Assembly: GCF_037042905.1 (NCBI RefSeq)
Contig: NC_087245.1
Span: forward strand, 39,928,001 to 39,992,000
DNA from: Lytechinus pictus
Taxonomy: Eukaryota
Length of the DNA: 64,000 nucleotides
Reading direction: 5' to 3'
Shown here: one piece after another, positions 36,801 to 44,325 of the stretch
How the letters are laid out: every line of letters begins with the position of its first letter
How positions within the stretch are numbered: position 1 is the stretch's first letter
Program-made: the position numbers and the translations under genes
Notes under the pieces: model-generated
Database searches by the model: none
What the model was told of the DNA's origin: nothing
The model's input: only the letters and a program-made list of their open reading frames with translations

Positions 36801-39800
36801 TTTCCGACGTCGAGTCCGTGGTCGATTCACCCTCCGATTCATCATCACTGTTCGCCTTGGCCACGGCCACCGTAGCAGCCAGTCCGTCATCACCGATGGC
36901 TTCCATGAGTATCTCACTGCTCATGACCTGGTTCATCAGATGCTTGGTGCTGAAGCTTCCGGGTCCGATGTCGAGCACGCTGTCGATGTTGAGTTGAATC
37001 TTCTCCTCCACTTCCTGGTGATCCTCTGGTTCTTCGATGGGAATGCTTTCCATGTTCTCTTGGGGAGGAGGTGGGCCTTGTAGGAGAGGGTTAGGCTCTG
37101 ATTTGATCTGTTCAGACTTCAAGGCAGCGTCGATCTTGAGAATCTGATCCTGGGTCAAGATTGTAGAGGCACCGCCTAGATCTAAGGGAAAGATACTTCC
37201 TGTCTCCTTCCCCTGAAAATGAGAAGAAAAGAATTATAAATCTTTTACTGTGACTCAATATGGATATCTAACTCATAAAGACATGGAAAAAATTGAGTTT
37301 TACATTTCATTCTTAAGGCCGAATTCATTTAAAATATCTTTATTAAACACATAGAATTAATTGAGTTAAACATAGAAAGAATTACAATCATTAAAGCCCA
37401 ACTCTGCAAAAATCACACAAGACTTTGTGAACATTATTAGCATGGAAGTAACTGATAAGAAACAGATGCCATATAAAACAAGTTTTAATGATGGCCAAAT
37501 TCAAAGAAAGTTTTAAAGGGGAATGAAACCCTTGGAACAAGATAGCTTGTGTGAAAACAAAAAAAGTCAAAGATAACATTTGGTCAATGAAAGTTTGAGA
37601 ACAATAAGACAAACAATAAGAAAGTTATGGGCATTTGAATGTCAAGATCACTAGTGCTTTAGGGATCCTCCTATTGGCAATGGAAACGAGATGCATGTCA
37701 TACTTGTACAACTCCCGCCTTTGTACACTGAAAACATACCCCAAACCATTTTTTTTTTGCTCATTCTATTATTATAAACTCTTTGTCCATGATAGACTTG
37801 TGAAACCTTTTCTTTTGTTACATGCCTCCTATAAAAAATAACAGCTAATCTATTGATAATTTGATGAAAGATTTCAAGTAAAATATGTCCAAAAGGAAAA
37901 GGAGAGTTGTACAAGTGAGACATCACACTTCTTAGTAGCATTGCCAATGGATATTAGTTATTGGAAAGTTAGTCATTTAAAATATGGTGGCTACAATGCT
38001 TAGAGGAATAGATCAATAGTGATAGGCCTTTTCAAAATCTGAGCTACAAGTTCCCACTTGTAACAAGTTCATTATATTTTTTAATAAGACCTAAAGTTAG
38101 CCTATGCCTAGAATGAGTATGGCACTTTGATTTTCGAGGAATAGGTTTATGGTACATCACATAGTGAGTCCTACACGGACTAAGAAAAGTAGGAGAGGTA
38201 AAATAAGGAGGCGAGGAGGTGGAAGGTTGGAAAGTAGATTACTCTTTTCTAGGATGAGTGTAGTCCTTGAAAGGACTGTAAAACAGAAAAAGTTAGAGGC
38301 TTTAGAAGAAATCGGAGAAAAGGCTAGCCAGAGTGGGTGAGCAGAGTTGTAAGGCAGACTCAACGTTTTAAGCAGCTTGACTGTCCGTCTTACAAGACTG
38401 CAGGTCAAGCTGCCTGAAACGTCTAGTCTTCTCTTTCAAAAAGTAACATTCTCGATGACATGAGAAGATAACTCAGGGTGGTGTTTCAAAAAAGCTGTTG
38501 GTAAGTTACACACAACTTTAAAGATGACTGGGACATGTACTTGGGAGCCAAACCAGATTGTCCATTATTCTTATCAAAGCTGAAAGCCAACCTTTGTAAA
38601 TTTTAAGTTTTGTCAATAAGCATCCGAATGTACAGAATGTGACTCCCACTATATCAAAACAGGATAAAATTTAGGGGTTTTCCCCAGAGCACATGACCAT
38701 ATCATAATTTGTGTGTAATTTACAAACAGCTTCACCACCTAGACTTATAGAAGAAACCTCAAAAAAATCTCAAACATGGGCTTTGTTAAATAAAGAATTT
38801 AAATTATTCAAATCAATCTAAAATATGGAAAACCAGTGATGCCATAATTCATTAGCATACTGATTGAGTCAACTAATGGAACATTCGTGAATGACATCAT
38901 CTCTCCAGAGCATAACATTAGCATTTTTAATACTTAATTTTCTTTTAATCCTTTTGTTTGTCCTTGATACAAATCTGTATCATAAGGAAAATCAGAATAA
39001 ATGTATTAATTTTATAACCGTAAAGATCATTTGATTTCTATACAATTAGTTCATATTCTTTCATGGCGTCATTTCATGTTATAATTTGTAAAGATGTTCT
39101 AACTTGGGTCTTTTTCTATCAATTTTTGCTAAATATATCTGCTCCATTAACTGTGGAGGCCAAATTAAGAAAAACACCCATGTGTTGAGATCATATTAAT
39201 AAGGCTATCATATAGATGTAGTTTGTAAATAAATAGACAAAGTAAATCAAATCCTTAATGTAGATAATGAATTGTGACGTAACTGGCCTTCCATACTTGA
39301 GATTAACTTGAATCAATTTTGAGCTCCACAATAATAGTTTATATGGAGCTGCAACTCCCAGGGCCCAAGATGAAAACAGTTTAGTAAAAAGGGAAAATGA
39401 ATAAATGTTTTATTAGTTTACACGCTTTCACACTAAGCAGCAACTTTAGAAAAAGAAGCCAAAAAATTTGACTGAGACCAACCCAAGCAGATGGTGCCCC
39501 CTCACTGAATCCTTCGCTTGCGTACATTGGGGCATGATCAGGAGAGATATTTGGGAGGGAAATTACCTCCCCGTCAACATTGCCACCAGTTGCTGCCGTC
39601 AGGTTCCACGACATCAGCCCACCACCGACCTTCTCCACGACGACATTTGGTGTGGTGCTGACAACTGTCACAGAGGACCCATCTTTTTCAGAAGACTCCT
39701 CCAAGGTTTGGTCTTCAGACTGCAAGGTTGAAACGCCATCTGATCCTGCCAAAGGTTTCTCTGATGCTTCGTCCACGGTTGCAGATGCAGTTCCATCTGA

Positions 39801-39962
39801 GGATATCCCTGCGGCACCGGAAGCGGAAGAATGGGTTGGCGTATCCACTGCGGTGCCTGGATCTTGTTCAGACGATGCGCCATCATTGGCCGACGCTGCT
39901 ACAGCAGGTTTTGAATCACTTTGGGGAACTTCACCCGAGTTCCCAGCATCTTCACCATCCAT
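7907..39962 (-). CDS. DIDO1: DIDO1/PHF3/PPS-like protein (death-inducer obliterator 1 family), multi-exon, about 2315 aa
   Basis: Hand-built complement join: 39483-39962, 35583-37212, 34012-34168, 29360-29481, 20384-20643, 19769-20026, 19146-19326, 17181-17368, 15740-16038, 15157-15319, 14327-14443, 13372-13491, 12255-12477, 11387-11675, 10731-10950, 10171-10456, 7907-9861. All introns are GT-AG with matching phases; total 6948 nt. Motifs: PHD (DPEKLWCICRQPH..FMICCDKCEDWFHGKC), CIGxxC..SVYCSxxCIxKHA, BRK, TFIIS-M, KKTHKGEVE, HLFDLNCKICTG, SPOC. Confidence 0.93.
10171..10456 (-). CDS. DIDO1: DIDO1-like coding exon 16 (SPOC core)
   Basis: DLQDTLEVCGRIPYKVVWDY..RQRIGV..VKDFYLIAL. Confidence 0.93.
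10600..10688. repeat. (CAT/CAC)n microsatellite
   Basis: Directly visible, intronic. Confidence 0.9.
10731..10950 (-). CDS. DIDO1: DIDO1-like coding exon 15 (SPOC start)
   Basis: AWRGFIFMHEVSKFVAVAHHVSG. Confidence 0.92.
11387..11675 (-). CDS. DIDO1: DIDO1-like coding exon 14
   Basis: cttttag acceptor, gtaagt donor, phases 1/2. Confidence 0.88.
12016..12139 (-). CDS. Candidate mutually exclusive alternative exon 13b (partial duplicate of exon 13)
   Basis: ctattctag acceptor, open frame DSNDHAQHKAHLVDLNCKNCTNEPVCQKCSLLQFVNDNKNV, gtgagt donor; same 0/1 phases as exon 13. Confidence 0.4.
12255..12477 (-). CDS. DIDO1: DIDO1-like coding exon 13 (HxxHLFDLNCKIC motif)
   Basis: DTTEQHKAHLFDLNCKICTG; cttgcag acceptor, gtgagt donor, phases 0/1. 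Confidence 0.92.
12601..13198. repeat. Tandem duplication of about 295 bp
   Basis: 12601-12893 versus 12895-13198, near identical; copy 2 has a 12-nt extra segment. Confidence 0.92.
13372..13491 (-). CDS. DIDO1: DIDO1-like coding exon 12
   Basis: ELEMI..KKTHKGEVE family motif; gattag acceptor, gtaagc donor. Confidence 0.92.
14327..14443 (-). CDS. DIDO1: DIDO1-like coding exon 11 (TFIIS-M C-part)
   Basis: GLFRHILKGEISPRNLVRMSSDQLASKELMKWRE. Confidence 0.93.
15157..15319 (-). CDS. DIDO1: DIDO1-like coding exon 10 (TFIIS-M)
   Basis: VEFELYKLYNDTGAKYKAKYRTLIFNIKDMKN. Confidence 0.93.
15740..16038 (-). CDS. DIDO1: DIDO1-like coding exon 9 (E/R/K helix, start of TFIIS-M)
   Basis: cttcag acceptor, gtttgt donor; ends VRVNVKRTLLDVLLTR. 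Confidence 0.9.
16375..16533. mobile_element. Small MITE
   Basis: GGGGAGCATTTCAT / ATGAAATGCTCCCC TIRs. Confidence 0.65.
16739..16820 (+). mobile_element. tRNA-derived SINE head, degenerate
   Basis: A-box TGGTCTAGTGG and B-box-like GTTTGAATCC; no intact cloverleaf. Confidence 0.5.
17181..17368 (-). CDS. DIDO1: DIDO1-like coding exon 8
   Basis: ggtgcag acceptor, gtaaag donor, phases 1/0. Confidence 0.85.
17977..18752. mobile_element. piggyBac-like MITE
   Basis: TTAA|CCCTATTTAGGCCGGG ... CCCGGCCTAGATAGGG|TTAA. Confidence 0.85.
18829..19100. mobile_element. GGGCCCCGTCTTACAAAGAG-family MITE
   Basis: TIRs; same family at 30590, 31345 and 59788. Confidence 0.7.
19146..19326 (-). CDS. DIDO1: DIDO1-like coding exon 7 (BRK domain)
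   Basis: DERISVIERHTGRLRTGLTAPTYEELPYWLGRHPTYEV fits the BRK consensus. Confidence 0.88.
19769..20026 (-). CDS. DIDO1: DIDO1-like coding exon 6 (Cys-rich DIDO motif)
   Basis: CIGTRCENWARAGSVYCSPGCIVKHA resembles the DIDO1 CIGPGC..SVYCS..CILKHA motif; exact acceptor uncertain by a few codons. Confidence 0.88.
20384..20643 (-). CDS. DIDO1: DIDO1-like coding exon 5
   Basis: K/E-rich; tttgtcag acceptor, gtatgt donor, phases 1/0. Confidence 0.88.
21199..21768 (+). repeat. 5' LTR
   Basis: TGTTACTGCG...GCAGCCACA, direct repeat of 28122-28691. Confidence 0.96.
21818..26764 (+). CDS. BEL/Pao Gag-Pol polyprotein (Gag, Zn knuckles, protease, RT, RNase H, integrase N-part)
   Basis: 1648 aa; LPKIDIPIFNGD (Pao gag), three Cys/His knuckles, AVLDDQS protease, FYVDD RT, LHHFSDAS/TIPRLEL/NPAD RNase H, HHCC plus VDYFGP plus SDRG integrase. 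Confidence 0.95.
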   Translation: MDMMERKDKHDKEECGSLKSKCSSTRTGVSLAVSVELEMLELKKKAAAMQAKLSFKEKEKKVKEMERKAKMAQEAYEEMQDALVCEIELAENEAKLEVLEEFGLEKSSLLEGLDVNKEADMDRFLKSCEADVTPPPNLVAWQSPQNFQVPSTQQSGWEQIAKSLERCVTQLGNVSLQQCAANQEMSASLQLPKIDIPIFNGDPMTYPMWKHAFISMIDSKPMGSTTKLMYLNNYVTGKPKDVVQHFMLIGSEDGYERAMSLISERYGNPSIVSTAYMNKLAAWPKIGPKDSNGLMELADFLGKVKAAKQSVKSLGILDYPQENAKLLEKLPVYLEGRWRDEIDRQRENIDQQEYPSFSKFEEFVRRAANKANIPELAGLRETSRSLGALGPKARTFATDGRRVKSEWSKNGSYANCPWCKEDHTLDECDDFVTKPMYDRKAFFFKRRLCMGCGMTDSHRIKECQDRRSCKECGGSHLSCLHYATKKTEHAGFANCTTVCSIQDQNGRDHSMIVPVWVRHQENPSKECLVYAVLDDQSNVSFMSEKLRDKLGVKGASTNLQLTTMHGSSNIESKKIKGLEIQDYNKEHVIQLPVAFARQEIPASRSQIPKKEVVNHWPHLRQVADEMIPYDRNIDVSLLIGNDCPRAIRPRQVITGGEDDPYGQKSLLGWGIIGKVCLTSESSGAVVCNKATSCESEKFAVPSTAKEILCPQKVIAILEKDFADENMGGQSISMEDKKFLRIMEKGIRKRPDGHYEMPLPLKTPNTSLPYNRKVAENRWKQLNARFRRNPKFMEDYIEFMKDVLETCAERAPSSYKQGKVNYVPHTGVYHPKKPGKIRVVFDCSAKCEGISLNDNLLQGPDLTNGLVGVLCRFRQEEVAVVGDIKGMFHQFFVSEEDRDLLRFLWWEDGDPNKNVIEYRMKVHLFGATSSPGCANYGFKKAADDGEAEFGSNAASYIRDDFYVDDGLKSVATPDEAVSVMKASQAICSKAGLRLHKIMSNNKEVLQSFPIEDRAKGIADLDLEVDPLPIERALGVFWCVESDTLQFRIELKDRPLTRRGVLSTVGSIYDPIGLASPVTLRGKQILQDLCRRKLDWDSPLSDDVRPQWEKWRSEISELEKLNVPRCYKPPNFGKVKRTELHHFSDASFDGYGQCSYIRLVNEEDKVCCSLVTAKSRVTPLRQMTIPRLELTAATVSAKMSTFLRKELTVAKPQEFFWTDSQVVLGYIRNEARRFHVFVANRVQQIHDETNPKRWFYVNTEDNPADEASRGMTAKELVESSRWLVGPKFLHEKGEFKIPTEQYKASCEKDDPEVRHVSTLSTMTARANHFEISRLQHISSWQRAKRVVALCMMFKSKLRKREVKRKTSPKLNRPLQRVILTVAEVDAAETEIIRNLQIEHFRDELMVLRNLGSGEQNDRQTARKRNSEIKPISSLYRLDPYIGSDGIMRVGGRIDKAAVPDEIKHPVIMPRNSHMTTLLIRHKHEQDNHMGRGITHNQLRQNGYWVIGGSSAVSSIISKCVLCRKMRGPLQQQKMADLPKDRLEPAPPFTYCAVDYFGPFNIKEKRSIVKRYGVLFTCMASRAIHLEAANSLTSSSFINCLRRFLTRRGPVRQIRSDRGTAFVGARNELREAMRELDQESIQPDVSTREWS
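26739..27410 (+). pseudogene. Frameshifted C-terminal part of the Pao integrase
   Basis: TYLLENGVDWIPFQMNTPSASHMGGVWERQIG..LTPNHLL..RPIHKL; out of frame with the main ORF because of CCAGCCAG at 26731-26738. Confidence 0.92.
28122..28691 (+). repeat. 3' LTR
   Basis: Direct repeat of 21199-21768. Confidence 0.96.
29360..29481 (-). CDS. DIDO1: DIDO1-like coding exon 4 (PHD finger C-half; absent from the ORF track)
   Basis: FMICCDKCEDWFHGKCVNITKKEGKRMESENLSWMCPKCT; cttcaag acceptor, gtaagt donor. Confidence 0.95.
30590..30814. mobile_element. GGGCCCC-family MITE
   Basis: Similar to 18829-19100. Confidence 0.7.
31345..31636. mobile_element. GGGCCCC-family MITE, opposite orientation to the 30590 copy
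   Basis: GGGCCCCGTCTTACAA / TTGTAAGACGGGCCCC. Confidence 0.75.
32206..33626. mobile_element. HINE-like element with about 8 tandem units of roughly 160 bp
   Basis: Same 5' end as 20752; repeated TGACCTTTGACCTTGGTCATGTGACCTGAAA units; ends in a GCC microsatellite. Confidence 0.75.
34012..34168 (-). CDS. DIDO1: DIDO1-like coding exon 3 (PHD finger N-half)
   Basis: DDDPEKLWCICRQPHDGK; ttttag acceptor, gtgagt donor. Confidence 0.93.
34200..34800. repeat. Degenerate tandem copies of the exon-3 acceptor junction
   Basis: Four CTCATCTGCACCTAAAACAAC-like copies, compared with the real junction at 34158-34180. Confidence 0.75.
35583..37212 (-). CDS. DIDO1: DIDO1-like coding exon 2 (K/E-rich disordered region)
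   Basis: 544-aa ORF; acceptor cattttcag, donor G|gtaaga. Confidence 0.9.
37512..37950. mobile_element. Kolobok-like MITE, truncated copy
   Basis: TTAAAGGGGAATGAAACCC start; homologous to 48045-48627. Confidence 0.7.
39483..39962 (-). CDS. DIDO1: DIDO1-like coding exon 1 (start codon; acidic low-complexity N-terminus)
   Basis: ATG at 39962, acceptor ttttcgaacag at 40001-40002, donor TGG|gttggt, phase 0 matching the next exon. Confidence 0.75.
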
Positions 39963-42754
39963 CCTTGGAGCCTGTTGTGTAGCACAAAACTGATTTTAAT
40001 CTGTTCGAAAATAAATAATTGGCAAAACAAATTTGTTGAAATTTCAATAAGAAAGTGCATTTTATCAACTTACATGTAGATTTAAAGAAATACTTGCATC
40101 AGCGATAAATATCATGAAGTAGCCCATGTACACAAGTATAGGCTAAAAAAAAGTAGAAATAACAAGTATTTTGGCGCAACATTATTGTTGCCCAATTCGT
40201 TGGTCCGTGTAGTAGAGCAATGGTGTGCCGAGTCTTGCCGACCCAGGCTTCATGGAGAGTAAGCCTATATCAGTAGTACTACTTAGATCCAAAAGCCTCC
40301 AGGGGCCTGTTGCATGAAATGGTCTTTGGTAGAACCGCTCTACGTAAGGACAAGATATCGCTCAACTGTTTCACAAAGCCGATTTGGGCGATACGAAGAA
40401 TGGTCCTTAGAAGACACCGCCAGACATGTCCTACGTACATGTAGGCATGATCTTCTTTGCACACCGCCCGCCACCGTCAGCATTGAGAGAATATGCGTTT
40501 ACGGCAAGCCACACTGACATATCACCTTTAAACATTTTGGGGGGTCATTCGAGTGCACTCTGATGCATTTTATCTGGGATAGCGCCCGGGGATGGCACCA
40601 AGTTATTTTTTATATGGGGGTATGATTTCAGGTCATCTTGCACAGCAAGACGACCCAAAACAGATGTCATTTTAACTTCTCCGGGGTCAATCAAGGCCCA
40701 AATAAATTTTTTTTAATATGTTTTCTTTTATTCTTCCTCCTGTCTTTTCCCCACCCCTTTTCCAGTTTTTTCTTTCAATTAAACTTGAAATATCGATATG
40801 GGCGGCAATCTCTCTCATTAGATAAACAACATGAATTCAAATTTTTTTAAAGAAATTTTATGAATGGTAAAAAATGTGTTTATAACGTTCAGCAAAAAAA
40901 CAAAAAAACATGATACAAAACTAAGATGTTATTAAACATGCTAAAACATTTATTTATTCTTATTTCATTTTCATGTCAATTATTTTTTTGCCGAGATTGA
41001 TTTACAATCAATGAAAATTAATTGATGGATTTGCGCTAACTTAAGATGATGAATGAAAAAAAAAAAAAATACATAGATTAGGCCTAATAGCTTACGAATC
41101 CATCACAATCATTACAAATGAAGATAAGTTCGGTTTACCAATAAAAGAAAAGATTATGGAAAGTCCAAGAGGCACATTTTAAATCGTAGGGTAGGCCCTA
41201 TCGGCACCTATGTCATGTTAAAGCAATATTGTAGTCTCAACTCTTTAACTTTGAAATGTTGAACATATATGTTTTTTATATTCTTAAAGCTTACATTCTT
41301 ATATAAACTTCCATAAAGTTATCAACTTTAAATATGACCAATTACGTTTATGATTGTTGTCATTTTTAGCATTGTTTCTGAAAATTGTATTTGTTTCCAT
41401 TGCGGATTGATTTCATACATTTTTCTATTTATTTATTATTGCAAAGCACTACTGTACCCACTTGGACATGTTTGCAGCAATTTTCATTTTTTGCTTGTCT
41501 TCGATTACTCATCATGCAAAGGTATGTTTATACTCTAAACACTCACATTTGTATTTCTTGCGTGATATCTGACAAATAAAATAAATTAGATTTTTTTTCA
41601 CACGCAGCCTCTCATATTTTCCTTTTTAGTCTCAAACAATCAGACACATTGATTAAGTTTACTCCATATTTCAAACCCTATTTTTACCTCAACAAATAAC
41701 ATTTAACGCATAATTTGCAAAATTATCATTATAAATAAGTATTCTATAAAAAAAATCAGATTAATATTGAACTAATACAATGTCAAAATTGCTTAGTTAA
41801 TTCAATTTTTATGTCGGACAAGGGTCTCTTTCGGTGAAATATCAATGAAAGGTGTCTCTAAAAGGACACCGTGTTCTAAATAAGGTAAATAATGAAAATT
41901 TCTATTTTATCCAGTTTGTTTGTGAATCTTTAAAGTTTTTTTCTCCTCTTACCTCATAAAGTAAGCTCCATACATCAATTCTACAATCAGTAATGAATAA
42001 AACATTATTTGATCTCCATTTATTGAAATATATTTTATGAAAAGTCATCATTCCGAAAAAAAAGGTTCAGGTGACGATGTAGACCAAAAGCTTCGGTCTC
42101 TGTTATGTTGGTTGTTACGCTGAACTCCGTTGGCTCCACTAACCAAATACTGAGACCGAAGTTCTAGCTCGATCTGTACAGGGTCTCAATGCCATATGTT
42201 TATGTATTAAAATCGGATAAGCCAGGGAGTGGGAGTTGCGCGACAGCCGAAGTACAGTATCGCTCGAAATAAAGTTGACACCATTAACGGACGTAACGCC
42301 GCACCGGCCCGTACTGCGTTTATTTTTTCATTAACGTTCACGCGCGTTATTGCCAGCGCGGAAGGATATCAAACAAAAACAACAAAAAAGTACCTCGTAG
42401 ACGTACGTCGCATTATTATCGCGATAATAGCGCAATAAACAGGAAGATTGTCATAATAAGATGAATCGGCGCGCCAATGTTTTACTAAAACCTCGTGTAA
42501 ATATCTTGAAATTTACTACCCTAACGGAGATCGAAATCCAAGGGTGTCGATTTGGGTTGATTAATGGTGCGCTAGTTGACAAGTCAACAAACTCAAGCCG
42601 TCTCGGAGGAGGCGACTTGGTTTGGGGGGGGGGGGGCAAGAGCAAAAAATTTCTCGGTCATATCATGGTAACACGAACAGGATTTTTTTATAATTGTGCT
42701 CGGGCATTATTAGCTCAATGCGTGATATTTAAACACAAAAAGAGGGGGAACATC

Positions 42755-44325
42755 ATGGTGACTTCTCTTTTATTTCATTTCCTTTTCGCCAGTGTCAGAA
42801 TAATGCTTCTTTTATATTTCTTAGAGAGTTCATAACAAAAGGTATATAAAATATATGTTAACTCCTTATAGCATCTCAAAACAATTTTGAAACATGTCCT
42901 GATCATTCGTTCATTAAATCTGAGATGTTTGTGACTTCTATTTTATTTCCTTTTGCCGTTGTCGGAATGTCTCTTTATATTTCTTAGAGAGTTTATAACA
43001 AAAGGTATATAAAATACATTTTAACTCCTTAGCACATCAAAACAATTTTGAAACATATCCTGGTCATTCGTTCATTAATCTGAGATGTTTGTGAATTCTC
43101 TTTTATTTTGTTTCTTATTTGCCGTTCTTAGAATAGTGCTTCATTTATCTTTCTTAGAGAGTTCACATCGAAAGGTATATAAAATATATTTTAACTCCGT
43201 AGCATCTCAAAACAATTTTGAAACATGTCCTGATCATTCGTTCATTAATCTGAGATGTTTGTGACTTCTATTTTATTTCATTTTGCCGTTTTCGGATAAT
43301 GTTTCATATTTATATATATATTTCTTAGGGGGTGTTGCAAGAAAATATTTGCAATTCAATTGCAAATATTCTGTTGCAATTTCACAACTGATTTTTACAA
43401 CGTTAGCTGTAGCAAATCAGATTAAACTTCTTGTTTCAAGGAGCAGATTAACAATCAATCACTAATTTGCAATTAATTACAAGACTTATGATTGATTTAG
43501 GGACAAAGAATAGACTTGCAATTGATCGCAAGTTTCTTGCAACACCCCAATAGAGGGCTCATAAAGAAAGGTATATAAAATACATTTTAACTCCTTAGCA
43601 CCTCAAAACAATTTTGAAACATTTCCTGATCATTCCTTCATTAATCTGAGATGTTTGTGACTTCTATTTTATTTCCTTTTGCCGTTTTCGGATAATGTTT
43701 CATATTTATATATATATTTATTAGGGGGTGTTGCAAGAAAATATTTGCAATTCAATTGCAAATATTCTGTTGCAATTTCACAACTGATTTTTACAACGTT
43801 AGCTGTAGCAAATCAGATTAAACTTCTTGTTTCAAGGAGCAGATTAACAATCAATCACTAATTTGCAATTAATTACAAGACTTATGATTGATTTAGGGAC
43901 AAAGAATAGACTTGCAATTGATTGCAAGTTTCTTGCAACACCCCAATAGAGGGCTCATAAAGAAAGGTATATAAAATATATTTTAACTCCTTGCACCACA
44001 AATCAATTTTGAAACATGTCCTGATCATTCGTTCCTTAATCTGAGATGTTTGTGACTTCTCTTTTATTTTACTTTCTATTCGCCGAGAGGTGCTAAAGAG
44101 TTAAAATATATTTTATATACCTTTCGTTATAAATTCTCTAAGAAATATAGAAGAAGCATTCATATTCCGTCAACGGCGAAAAGGAAATAAAATAAAAGAG
44201 AAGTCACAAACCTCTCAGATTAATGAACGAATGATCAGGACATGTTTCAAAATTGTTTTGAGGTGCTAATAAAGGAATTAAAATATATTTCATATACCTT
44301 GATCCTTAAGAACTAAGAAATATAG
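42755..44325. repeat. Satellite-like array of about 170-bp units with a duplicated MITE and a terminal inverted unit
   Basis: Repeated AACAATTTTGAAACATGTCCTGATCATTCGTTCATTAATCTGAGATGTTTGTGACTTC; GGGGTGTTGCAAGAAA MITE twice, 396 bp apart; inverted unit at about 44087-44300. Confidence 0.85.

Noticed and set aside
35747-37083. Plus-strand S/F/L-rich ORFs
   Set aside because: Antisense shadows of the K/E-rich exon
38149-38440. Purine-rich exon-like or retroelement-like fragment
   Set aside because: No identifiable motif; not needed for exon phase
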